Positions 41,780 to 54,110 of a DNA stretch of 64,000 nucleotides are shown piece after piece. Source of the DNA: Octopus vulgaris (lineage: Eukaryota); NCBI GenBank assembly GCA_951406725.2, contig OX597823.1, forward strand, positions 69,998,001 to 70,062,000, read 5' to 3'. Every line of letters begins with the position of its first letter. Within the stretch, counting starts at the first letter, position 1. The translations under genes were made by a program, and so were the position numbers. The notes beneath the pieces are model-generated. The model worked only from the letters and a program-made list of their open reading frames with translations, searched no databases and was not told the origin of the DNA.

Positions 41780-41952
41780 TTATCTTTTACGTGACAACCG
41801 GAGTTGGTGTGTCCACGCTCTTGTGTCGTAGCCGTTCGACAAAAAAGACCGATAGAAAAAAAGAAGTACTAGGATCGAGTCATTCGACCAAAATTTCTTC
41901 AAGACGGTGCTCCAGCATGGCTGCAGGCTATTGGCTGAAGCAAGTAAAAGAT
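41780..41952 (+). mobile_element. SINE family D, 3' part
   Basis: gacaaccggagttggtgtg...ggtgctccagcatggctgcag...caagtaaaaga. Confidence 0.75.
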
Positions 41953-42043
41953 TATACATATATATGTCTGTCTGTCTGTATGTATGTATGTATGTATGTA
42001 TGTATGTATGTATGTATGTATGTATGTATGTATGTATGTATGC

Positions 42044-42139
42044 AAAAATACAGTGTACATTTAAACACATAACAGATGGGCATAATAGGACATCTGAACA
42101 GCTAGAAGGAGTATGTGTTTAAATGTACACTGTATTTTT
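42044..42139. repeat. Perfect 28-bp inverted repeat with 40-nt spacer
   Basis: aaaaatacagtgtacatttaaacacata (42044-42071) / tatgtgtttaaatgtacactgtattttt (42112-42139). Confidence 0.95.
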
Positions 42140-42419
42140 ATAAGAATGACATAGTCTATTGACTAGTTTTTTTTTCTTCTCTCTAGACCACTGGTAGCAA
42201 AAAATTTCTAAATTTTTTTTTTTTTTGCTACACTGAAATTTATTAATATGTATGTATGTATATTAAAATGTATGTATATTTAAAACTTCTTAATATATTG
42301 GAGAGGGGGTAATTAACCAAGCGGGTAATTATCCAAGGAGTAGTTATCGTAGGGGGTAATTGTCCGAGGGGGTTAATTGTCCTGATACGTTTATAACAAT
42401 GTTAAGATCATGAATCAAG

Positions 42420-42473
<54 letters not shown>

Positions 42474-42477
42474 ATAT

Positions 42478-42678
42478 CTTTTACTCCTTTACTTGTTTCA
42501 GTCATTTGAGTGCGGCCATGCTGGAGCACCGCCTTTAGTCGAGCAAATCGCCCCCAGGACTTATTCTTTGTAAGCCTAGTACTTATTCTACCGGTCTCTT
42601 TTGCTGAACCGCTAAGTTACGGGGACGTAAACACACCAGCATCGGTTGTCAAGCGATGTTTGGGTGACATACACACAA

Positions 42679-42741
<63 letters not shown>

Positions 42742-42899
42742 TACGACGGGCTTTTTTCAGTTTCCGTCTACCAAATCCACTCACAAGGTTTTGGTCGGCC
42801 TGAGGCTATAGTAGAAGACAATTGCCCAAGATGCCACGCAGTGGGACTGAACCCGGAACCATGTGGTTGGTAAGCAAGCTACTTACCACACAGCCACTC
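42478..42899 (-). mobile_element. SINE family D, full length
   Basis: tRNA-like head gagtggctgtgtggtaag...gggttcagtccc, CORE-like cttgggcaa, internal (TA)/(TG) tract and a LINE-like tail. Confidence 0.92.
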
Positions 42900-42914
42900 A
42901 TATATATATATATT

Positions 42915-43160
42915 TAATCTAAACATGAAAAAGCAAGAAAAAACAACAACGCAAGGACGTGGTATAAGTACAGTGTTATTGGACGCTCATGAAAGGAAAG
43001 AAAAGAAAGAGAATTTCCCGTTTCGAGCGGAGCTCTTCGTCAGAAATATAGAAAAAGTCCAAAGAGGGGAAGACGGAGAAAGAAAATCGCCAACGATACA
43101 CACGCGGCCACATATTGAAATGACTGGAAGGGAATGGGTGAAGAAAAAGTTCTTTCAAAG
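42915..43160 (-). mobile_element. Penelope-like pLTR fragment with hammerhead core
   Basis: Minus strand 43047-43013: ATTT-CTGACGA-A-GAGC-TCC-GCTC-GAAAC-GGG-AAAT. Confidence 0.6.
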
Positions 43161-43236
43161 ACAGGGGAGTGCAAGAGAAGGAGGTATGCGTATGTATGTG
43201 TGGGTATGTGCGTGCGCGTAGGTCTATGTGTGTGTG

Positions 43237-43281
<45 letters not shown>

Positions 43282-43727
43282 CCAATCATTGAGACTGGAA
43301 ATCCGACCGATTCTTGAATATCGGCCAGACACACACATATGCATACACACTCACACTCACACACTCACTCGCATATCTATATATTAATTTATGTATGCAA
43401 TTTTTTGATAAAACATTAAGCATTCTGTGCGCCAAAAATCAATACCTGGTCGCATTGTGGCGAATGGTTTTACAGTTTTTATTTTCTCGTTAACTGAATA
43501 GATTTTTATCATTTTGCAAATACTACTACTAATAATAATAAACGTATGTGATAATCAGGTCATTGAGAAAACAATGAGGCTATTACTATGCTGCCAGCCT
43601 GTCAAAGTTATTGTATTCCGCACAAAACAAGGCGGAAATACTGCCATTGTTGGTCGTGATGGTGTTATTTGTGCTGTTGCTGTTGTTGTTGTTTTAGTCC
43701 CATGTCAGCCATGATAGAGCAGACCTA

Positions 43728-44055
43728 AAGGAGCACTCCGTCGGTTGCGACGACGAGGGTCCCAGCTGATACGATCAACGGAACAGCTTGCTCGTGAAAT
43801 TAACGTGCAAGTGGCTGAGCTCTCCGCAGACACGTGTACCCTTAACGTAGTTCTCGGGGAGATTCGGCGTGACACATAGTGTGACAAGGCTGGCCCTTTG
43901 AAATACAGGTACTACTCATTTTTGCCAGCTGAGTGGACTGGAGCAACGTGAAATAAAGTGTCTTGCTCAAGGACACAACGCGCCGCTGGTAATTGAACTC
44001 ACGACCTTACGATCATGAGCCGAATGCCCCTAACCACTAAGCCACGCGCCTTAAC
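43728..44055 (-). mobile_element. SINE with family C head and the same tail as 8408-8599
   Basis: 12-bp TSD AGAGCAGACCTA at 43716-43727 and 44056-44067. Confidence 0.92.
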
Positions 44056-44095
44056 AGAGCAGACCTAGTATATTGGTTCATTGAAACCATACACA

Positions 44096-44660
44096 TACAA
44101 TAAAGCCTCGATATACGAGTCAATTTGTTCTCGGAGACTGTTCGTACAGTGAAACTCGTAAAGCAGAGCAATAATTTTCCCATCGTAGCAATGTCATAAA
44201 TCGTAAATCGTTCCCAGAAAACTATTTTACTTATAAGATTTATAATACTCGTAAATAAATGGCAATAAAACAACAGTGGAATGTAAAGAATATTTTATGT
44301 GAAGTAAAACGAATGTCAAGATCATTTATAATAAAAATTATTATTATCATAATCGTTTTCTGAATCACTTTTACTCGCACTAAACTCGCGCACACCCTCA
44401 CTTCTGAATGCGATCGCCGATTCACAAGCACTCATAGACGGGCTTGTAGGTTTCTTTTTAAAAAACAAGTCTAGAATTGTTTGCTTAGAAGAAGCTATTT
44501 TTCGCTCTCTATAAATTTCTCGGTAACATGCAGAAGCTTTCGTTATGATAGTAGAAACCTTTGCCCTTCGTTCAAAATTGGGATCTTGTGCCTGGAGAAT
44601 GAAACTCGTAAACCTGGGATTCGTAAAGCGGGCCCTCGTAAAGTGAGGTATGACAGTGTA
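44096..44660 (-). mobile_element. Tigger/pogo-like internally deleted DNA transposon
   Basis: Imperfect TIRs (cctcgatatacgag / ctcgtaaagtgagg); ORF 44322-44798 contains DPNFERR..V...CYREIY.E.K...QTILDLFFKK, resembling the Tigger transposase C-terminus. Confidence 0.75.
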
Positions 44661-44953
44661 CTGTTCTTGCTTCTGGGATTGTGTAATCCCATAGAACATT
44701 ATTCGATGCGACTTTCTTTTGTGGTTCTGATAGAACGCTACTGACAGAGGAGCCGAAGGTGGTGGCTTGCTTTGAAGAGTTGTATTAGGTGGACCCACCT
44801 AGTACTGTTCTGAATACCGCGATGACTTCAACATTTGTGACCACCCTGCCAGTCAGCTGTGACCTCGCCGTCTGTGAGCGAATCTCGTGCGGTAAATCAG
44901 CTGAAATGTCGGAACGCAACTGGTGATTGTGGCATCCATAAGATGATCAAGAA

Positions 44954-45186
44954 GGCGGCGAACTGGCAGAAATATTAGTACGCAGGGCGAAATGCTTAGC
45001 GGTATTTCGTCTGCCGCTACGTTCTGAGTTCAACTTCCGCCGAGGTTGACTTTGCCTTTCGTTCCTTCGGGGTTGATAAATTAAGTACCAGTTACGGACT
45101 GGGGTCGATATAATCGACTTAATCCCTTTCTCTGTCCTTCTTTGTCCCCTCTATGTTTAGCCCCTTGTTGGCAGTAAAGAAATAAG
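44954..45186 (+). mobile_element. SINE family A, full length with TSD, inside the RTE
   Basis: TSD AAGATGATC(A/G)AGAA at 44940-44953 and 45187-45200. Confidence 0.92.
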
Positions 45187-45274
45187 AAGATGATCGAGAA
45201 AGTCAGGCCTGCTGCAATCTTGTTCTTGTGGAAGATCATCTGCTCAGTTTGAAGCAGCGACATCATAAATAGAA

Positions 45275-45517
45275 GTGCGTGGCTTAGTGGTTAGTGGTGT
45301 TCGACTCATGATTGCAAGATATGGTTTCGATTCCTGGATCGGGCGACGCGTTGTGTCCTTGAGCAAAGCACTTCATTTCACGTTGCTTCAGCTGGTAAAA
45401 ATGATTAACCCTACGACCCACCGGCGTCCCGTCCAGGTGGGAAATATATACCCCGCGAAACCGAGAAACCGTCCCTTGTGAGTCGGTATGATTCGAGAAG
45501 GTAACTTTACCTTTTTA
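45275..45517 (+). mobile_element. SINE with family C head and a third type of tail
   Basis: gcgtggcttagtggttag...gtttcgattcc...ttgtgtccttgagcaa; ends aactttacctttttac. Confidence 0.8.
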
Positions 45518-46142
45518 CATAGTGGCATCGTAACACCTGACTAGAAAGGTGATCGCCACAACTACAACAACTATAGAATAGAAGCAGCATTCCAAGAATA
45601 TTTTCACCGTACTAATATCGATCAGAAAGACTATAGTTACGAAATATTAGTTTGTCAAGCTAATGTCATCCGATATTTTGTATGTCGGGCTTTACAGTTT
45701 CCACCAGAAGGTTAGATGAGAATGAGACTTTATCATGCTAGCATTACATGGATTACAATTAAACCAGATGATAAAGTGTCACTAAAGCTAGTTGGAGACG
45801 CTGGACATATACCAGCAAACAAATTATCATTTTCTTAAAAGCAGTATACTGTAAAAAAAATAAATTATTCTTTCAAAGTTTGTACTAACTATTATTTCTA
45901 TTTTTATTTCTATTAACACTGATTAAAATTATTTTTGTTTAAGTTTTTTTTTTCCATTATATTATCCTTCCATTATTGGCCAGTTTCATAACATCTTGTT
46001 TCTCTGTGAAACATATGGTTTTCTCTTTCAAAAGTTTACTGTTCACTGTGAAGGGAAGTTGCTTAAAGGTTACACTTCTCCCGATGCTTGATAAGGTCTT
46101 TGCCAGAGTTATTGTGCAATAAACTGGTTATATGTCTACAAT

Positions 46143-46371
46143 TCTTTTTAGTCTTTTTTTTTATTATTTCAGTCATTTGACTGCAGCCATGCTGGAGCAC
46201 CGCCTTAAAGAGTATTAGTCGAAAAAATCGATCCCAGGACTTATTCTTTGTAAGCCTAGTACTTATTCTATCGATACCTTTTGCCGAACCGTTAAGTTAG
46301 GGGACAAGCATCTGCATCATTTGTCAAGCGATGGCGGGTAGGACAAACACAACCAACATACACACACACAC

Positions 46372-46444
<73 letters not shown>

Positions 46445-46602
46445 ACGGGCTTCTTCCAATTTCTGTCTACCAAATCCACTGACAAAGCTTGGGTCGGCTC
46501 GAGGTTATACAGAAGAAGACACTTGCCCATGGTGCCACACAGTGGGACTGAACCCGGAGCCATGTGGTTGGGAAGCAAGCTTCTTACCACACAGCCACAC
46601 CT
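46143..46602 (-). mobile_element. SINE family D, full length
   Basis: Collinear with 42478-42899. Confidence 0.9.
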
Positions 46603-47787
46603 ACACAAAATATTTTAATTTTTTATACATTTCCTACTATTGTTTAATCATAAAAATAGAGCAAGATGTGAGGGTCCAGCAGAGTAAACCAGGAATCAAA
46701 GGGATCCTTAGGTAAAAAAAATGGTTGAGAAAAACTATTCTAAACAGACTGTGAAATTGTCTGTCTCCTTTCATCAGTCGGAGTAGTCAAGGTTTACACC
46801 AAAGAAGTCAACTACTAACAAGATTCTTGCTCTCCGAGTACTCATCGAAAGTAGGCAGGGTCTTCGGCAGGTTCTGCTCGCAAATTATGTTGACATCTGC
46901 ACAGAATTTAACTTGGAGGACAAGGATGTGCTTTAGAAGATTCTGTAGCTGCACCGTGTACCTTCCCGACTGGTAGAGGTGACGGTGGCCTTGTATACTG
47001 GAGTAGCAGGTGTAGTTCGGATTGGGAGCTCAACATCTGACTTTTTCCCATTTAAATCTGGGGGCCGTTAAGGTTGTGTTTTGGCTCCCACTCCGTTCAA
47101 TTTTCGCATGGGCTGGATACTTGGCCAGATAGTGGACCGATCGAGTTGAGGAACACTCATTGATGAAACTAGGATTACTAACCTGGATTTTTCTGATGAT
47201 GCTATTACTCTTGCTGAGTTTCTGGATGTTATAAGGAGTTCCCTCCTTTCGGCAAGTGAGAAAACGGTACCACTTGGCCTTACACTTTCTTAAGTCACGA
47301 CAAATATGCAGTCTTTCGTGGGCTTTTGTGACTGCTGCATGTGAGAGTGTCGAAGTTGTGGACTGCTTCACCTATCTCGGTAGAGTGTTCCATGGCTACA
47401 TTAGCTGCGAGTCCGGAGTCTTAAAAAGATATGGATGCTCTGTACAGTTGTGGACTCATTTGACAAGGGTATTTGGAGCTGCCGATACCTGACCAGGAAG
47501 ACAAAGGTTTGAGTCTTCACGTCTCTGATCCACCCTGTCTTTCTCACAATCCAGGTCCCTTAAGAGCCGCCTGAACTTCTGGATACACTGAAACTCCATG
47601 TCCTTGAAATGAGAAAAGCTATTTTATTTTACGTTTTTGTCCTATGAAGTGTAATAAAGATAAAAAGAAGGTCCGGGGTGGAAACTAAACATTATTGACA
47701 GAGATGTACGTCAGTGAAAGAATAGCTATGATAATTAGGTTCGTTTACTTATTCGACAATGGAAGCATATTGGGTACCCCCCTACAG

Positions 47788-47866
<79 letters not shown>

Positions 47867-47938
47867 CATACATATATATACATACATGCATACATATATA
47901 TATGTGTGTGTGTGCCTAAGTATATGCATCTAAATTAG

Positions 47939-47994
<56 letters not shown>

Positions 47995-49390
47995 TATACA
48001 CGAGTGTGTTAGCGTACATATAGTGTACGCACACAAATACATATATATGTATAGAGATGTACGTATGTATGTGTGTGCGTATGTATGTATGCATGCATGC
48101 ATGCATGTATGTATGTATGTGTATGTATGTATGTATCTATGTATCTATGTATGTATGTATGTATGTATGTATGTATGTATAAGACTTGAAGGTTTTTCAC
48201 CATAAGTGTAATCGATCAGTGCTCACCTGGGATTAAACATTGACAATACCAAATATATTGACAGAATTATATTTGCCAAGAAATGAAATAAATTATTATA
48301 TTGCAATCGTTTTAGCATTATTTCTATGTAGGTTTTCGATTTTTATTGACAATGATTTAACAATGCTCATGCATATTTTAATAAATGCTTCTATGAAGGT
48401 CTGATTTAACGAGAAGATGAAAGCAATATTTAATGGACTTTAGAGAAATAGACCTGATACCGTACCGTGTGCAGTTAACATTAAAGATATAACGATAAAC
48501 AACGTTTTGATGAGCTTCTATTTAATATGGATTGAAATCACAGGTTACTATAAAATAATTGTGAAACATCTTTTAGAATGTGAAACTTTGAAGATAATAA
48601 TCAACAAATAAGCATTGAGAATAATTCTAAAGAAAAATAATTACATTTTCTTCACTACATTTTATAGCTAAATGCCTTTCTTTAAAAGTTCAATATGTTC
48701 CAACTTCGTTAGAAATCGATACAGGAATGAAACGAAGGAATAAAAATATAAATATATATGTGTGATAAAAAGAAGTTTTCGTTGTCTGAATATATCGGCG
48801 AGTGTTGGATAACCAGAATATAAACTAAGGTGGGTTATTTTTAGATCACACATCTACATCAGTCGTAAGAAAATACAAACTAAACTACAAACAATGGAAT
48901 TAAGACGGAAATGGTTTAAATGCAGAGAATATATTTAACATTTTATCTCAAACCTATCAAGAGAATAGAATAACTTTCGGTTGATTTGCACAACGAGTAT
49001 GTAACACATAAAATGGGGAAAATAAAACAAAATTAGAATATTCTTATCAAAGAGTTAGAAAATAATGGAAAAGAAATTATCTTTATCAAAGTTGGTCTTA
49101 GCAATAATTCGAAATTATCAGCCTGCGGGACTTTTGTTAAAAGTGAAAATAATTCTCCACTCCCGGCCCAACGTTATCAAGTAAAAGTCTTGTTTGCTCT
49201 ATTTCGTCCGTCTGTGACTAACAAATATTCTGAAATTATTTTATGAGGAGAGTTATTTATATTATCAGCAATGTGTATGTGTTTGTGGGATGTGTGTGTG
49301 CGTGAAGAGCCTTTAAAGAGAAATTTATCGTAACCTATCACCTTTCAGCATATATATGAGAACGTTTTTGTACACAGACACATGCACATA

Positions 49391-49767
49391 CACTACCGTC
49401 AGAAATTAATTAGCACCCTTGATTTGCTCTTCACTCAAGGTATGTGCTGTCACCTAGTGGCCATATCTCGAACTATTGCTTTGTTGCGAGTTCACTGTTG
49501 CGCAGAACGATGACGTAACTTTGTTTGCAGAGCAGTTTGAGAGTCTACAACCTTATGATGTTGACATAGCAGTGCAACAACTTGGAGTGCGGATGCAGAC
49601 AAATCTTCCTTTGTTTAATAGATATAGGTAGCGCCTCGCAAGGACCGAAATCACACCATACTAAGTTTTCTCATCGCGTAAGACGTTTTGAACAGCTCAT
49701 AGGTTAATTGATTTAACCTATTTAATGTAGAAATTTGAGAAGTGCTAATTAATTTCTGACGCAAATG
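49391..49767. mobile_element. Tc1/mariner-type MITE
   Basis: TIR core cgtcagaaattaattagcac / gtgctaattaatttctgacg; CA...TG ends with TA on both sides (49389-49390, 49768-49769). Confidence 0.85.
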
Positions 49768-49781
49768 TAAACACAAATATA

Positions 49782-49812
<31 letters not shown>

Positions 49813-49822
49813 CATACATACA

Positions 49823-49874
<52 letters not shown>

Positions 49875-49995
49875 CATTCATACATACATCTTGAAGCTGA
49901 ACAGAGCATTATTCTGAATGTTACTCCACCGAGTGATGAAAAAGATATATAATGTGTGTGTTTATTTGGCAAAAAATGACCGTCCCGAAATACAG

Positions 49996-50044
<49 letters not shown>

Positions 50045-50093
50045 ATGAGCAAAAACACTGGAGATTCAGTGTACACCACGTGGCAAAATTATG

Positions 50094-51170
50094 AGTTGAA
50101 AATATGTGGAAAAAGTGGAAGAGAAATGCCTTCGTTTCACATAGTTTAGTATCTTTTTATAAAAAAAATTTCTTTGAAATATATACGTATTTTATAGATA
50201 TAGTGATATCCAACAGGTTTTCGCTATAAAAATAAGCTTTTCAAGGGACATCGTGAAATAATCAATTCTTGTGACAAAGGGATCTCGCCATTTTGGATGC
50301 TTCAAAAATATGAATGAGTCTAGAGAGTGAACCAAGGGAGGTAACAGGTGGCAAGGGGGACAACTAACTCCTCAGGATGATTTTTTAAGTAGTCAAGTTT
50401 GTATATTAAGGTGCCGTCTGTACTTTTGTATGAACAGGTTTTCCTTGTTCAGGCGTTCTTCTAAGGAGATTGAATCTTTGCATTGGTATAATGGAAAGCT
50501 ATGGATTCGGCGTTTTATTTCTTGTGCATCTGTCGATATGTTCGCTCAGGGATATCTGCCTGTATTAGGGAAAACGAATCTGTTCTTTATGCAGCGTGAC
50601 TCTGCGTCTCAAAGTAAGGCTCGTTTGGCCCACATAATCGTGGCCACAACCTGAGCAGGTTAGGACATAGATAAGGTTCTGGGAAGCACGTGTGAAGTTG
50701 GTCTTAATTGAGAATTTTTCTCCTTACTAGAATGTGAATTCCAAGCCTTCAGTTAGCTATGGGCATGCACCACAATTAGGTCGTCTGCATTTTTTAACTG
50801 TTTGTATCGTATGTACTGAGTATAGTTTTGCATTTCTTAGGAGTCTCTTGAGTGATTTGTGTTGTCTTTTGCATTTGAGGAGTTTATGTGTCTTTATGAT
50901 GATGTTCATTTTCGGGTCTTGAGCTCACCTGTTACCTCCCTTGGTCCACTCTCTAGACTCATTCTTATTTTTCAAGCATCCAAAATGGCATAGCCCTTTG
51001 CCACAAGAATTTATTACTTCACAATGTCCCTTGAAAAGCTAATTTTTATAGCCTAAACCGGTTGGATATCACTACATCCATAAAATATGTATACATTTTA
51101 AGGAAATTTCTTTATAAAAAGATATTAATTTCGTCCACTTTTTATATATGTTTTCCACATATTTTCAACT
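50094..51170 (-). mobile_element. Penelope-like element, 5'-truncated, with inverted pLTRs
   Basis: Inverted arms of more than 200 bp (about 50094-50350 and 50925-51170) flank a GIY-YIG coding relic. Confidence 0.88.
50393..50921 (-). pseudogene. Penelope GIY-YIG endonuclease with upstream Cys motif, decayed
   Basis: Manual translation: KCRRPNCGACP*...SQNLIYVLTCSGCGHDYVGQTSLTLRRRVTLHKEQI...RLNKENLFIQKYRRHLN; several stops and a frameshift. Confidence 0.88.
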
Positions 51171-51230
51171 ATATATATCTATATCTATATCTATATATCT
51201 ATCTATCTATATATATATACATATATATAT

Positions 51231-51298
<68 letters not shown>

Positions 51299-51308
51299 GA
51301 ATTTATAA

Positions 51309-51466
51309 TAAAGGAGAACAGAGATTTATATCCAGCTTTAATCAGCAGTTAATTATTTCTTTTCATTTCTGCACCTACATATGTTTCAGCAGCAATTAAT
51401 GCACACTGCAAAATTTGCATCTTTATGTGCATTCATTTATTGGATATAAATCTCTGTTCTCCTTTA
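51309..51466. repeat. Perfect 26-bp inverted repeat around a degenerate hammerhead-like interior
   Basis: taaaggagaacagagatttatatcca (51309-51334) / tggatataaatctctgttctccttta (51441-51466). Confidence 0.9.
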
Positions 51467-52721
51467 GTAAATCAAACTAGTTGGAGCCTTTTATACACTC
51501 ACTCAGGTTAGCCAGCATTAATAACCAGTAAAAAGGGACTAGAGTAACCACTTGGATTCTATATCTTTACTACCTTCCCTCTCTTTCAATTTGATAATAT
51601 ATTGGTCTGCCAGTTCATATTCCTTTGTTTACCATAGTGTTGAAATCTACAGGAGTAATTTCGTACTGGTTATTGAAATTGCGATTATATTAGGATAAAT
51701 AAATATATGTTTGAATCTGGCTGGACTGAAAGAGTTTTAGAATAGTACTGTAATAACGTTATGGCGTGGTGTAAATATATTTAGTGGATGGTTGAATAAT
51801 CACATTTTGGAGAATGTGAGCTAGAGCAAAAATGGCCAAAATAACTGGGTCTGAATGCTAAAACAAATGTAGATAATTAGTTAAATATAGCAGTAAAATG
51901 TACACTTCCCAAAACTTTCATGAACTTTCAAGCTAAACCAAAAAAAAACATTCCATTTAGCTTCTTTTTTCCCCTTAATTAATTTTTTATAAAATAAAGT
52001 AGATGAATAACAAAAAAAAATTACCTTTTACCCTAAAACAAACTGAGAAATAATTTTCCTTGACTTGCAATACCAGAATTTTCTAACATGGCGAGATGTT
52101 TTTTTGTTTTTATGCTCCTCTTTCATAAACAGTTTACGTTATAGCACACAAAAACTATTTTCGTATTTCATTTTTCTCCCTCTTTTATCATTTGTAATTT
52201 GAATCTAAAATCCTGGCTCCAATATTTTGCCTTTTCTTTTTCTTTGGGTCGTAAATGAAAGGATGATAGTCAGAATTGTGTCGCCATCTTTTCTCCTTCA
52301 TTTTCTTTTTACTTTCATGATCTCTTTTTTTTTTACGATCTCTCCGCTTTTTTCCGACCCTCTCATCATTTCTGCGCACTCTCTCTTTCTCTTGTTTTAT
52401 TTTCTATTTTCCCTAAACTCTTTCCCTTTAATCCTTTCTCATTTCTTTCTATCTCTTTTTTTCTCCTTGTATTTCCCTCTCGTTTTCCCCTTAATGTTTT
52501 CCTTTCTGTCTTATGCATAAATCTCTCCTATTTCGTACTTTTTGCTTGTTTTATATTGTTAAACTTATTCATATATACAAGCTCTCTGATTTTCTACACT
52601 CTCTTCCACTCTCTCTCTCTCTCTTCCCCGTCTCCTTTTCCTTCTCTCTACCTTCTATCCTTCTCTTTCTCTTTTCTTCTCTGTTTCTCATATATATACA
52701 TATATATACGTGTATGTGTGC

Positions 52722-52980
<259 letters not shown>

Positions 52981-53434
52981 CATATATACACATATATATA
53001 TACATATGTATGTACTTACATATACATTTGTGAATGCGTGTTTATATGTGTGTAGTTTAGATAATAATGTATACATGTTTAGCTCACAAATGAATAAACA
53101 TGTAACAGATTCTTCACACTTCTAATGCAAGGATGCATTGAGTACTTTAATGTGTTGCACCACACAGTAAATATATGTGTATGCACGTGTGTGTGTGTGT
53201 GCGTGTGTGTGTGCGTGTGTGTGTGCGTATGTGTGTGCGTGTGCATTGTACATACACATATATGTTTGTACATGCGTGCGTGTGCGTGTGTATGCGTATG
53301 TGCTATACATACACATATATGTTTGTGCCTGAGTATGTATACATATACATATATGTATGTATATCTGTACATACACATATACATGTTTCTTTATGCATGT
53401 ACCTACACGCCTGTTTCTCAGAGCTTCTCTCCAT

Positions 53435-53675
53435 CTTACCCTCCCTCTCTTACTCTCTTTACTCCTCTTACTCTTTCTACTTCTGTTACTCTCCATTTTT
53501 ATAATCTCCTCCTCCCTCTTACCCTCCTTCTTTTACTCTCTTTACTCCTCTTACTCTTTCTACTTCTGTTACTCTCCATTTTTATAATCTTCTCCTCCCT
53601 CCTACCCTCCTTCTTTTACTCCCTTTACTCCTCTTACTCTTTCTACTTCTGTAACTCTCCATTATTATAATCTCC
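53435..53675. repeat. 83-bp pyrimidine-rich tandem repeat, about 3 copies
   Basis: Equivalent positions at 53451, 53534 and 53617. Confidence 0.9.
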
Positions 53676-54024
53676 CTTACGCTTTACCTCTTCCAGTATT
53701 CACAGCCATTTTGTCTCATTTACTAATTCTTTTTCCTTTCTTAAACCCTCATATCCTCTCTTGTGTTCACATATTTTCTGTTTTTACTTGTATTTTCCAT
53801 TATATACCTTTTTCCTCTCAGTATTTTTATTTTCTATTTATTTCTTTTTCTTTGCAATCTTCAGTTCTTTCTCCTCAATTTTTATCATGAACCGCGTTCT
53901 GCTTCTGTGTTTGTCTTCCTTTCATTCAATCATTTATTTATTTGCTTTAATTCTCTTTCTCTATCCCTCTCTCTCTCTCTCTCTCTCTCTCTCACGGTCT
54001 CCCTATATATAGGTGTGTACGTGT

Positions 54025-54066
<42 letters not shown>

Positions 54067-54075
54067 TACACACAC

Positions 54076-54110
<35 letters not shown>

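Larger units (their letters stand above)
44665..47580 (+). mobile_element. RTE-clade LINE relic fragmented by nested insertions
   Basis: Collinear pieces: FEELY*VDPP (44775), NQLK..ATGDCGI (44895), [11 protein letters not shown] (45546), FTPKKSTT.KILALRVL (46793), VRQGCVLAP-like (47065), LDFSDD (47183), DCFTYLG (47361). Confidence 0.8.
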
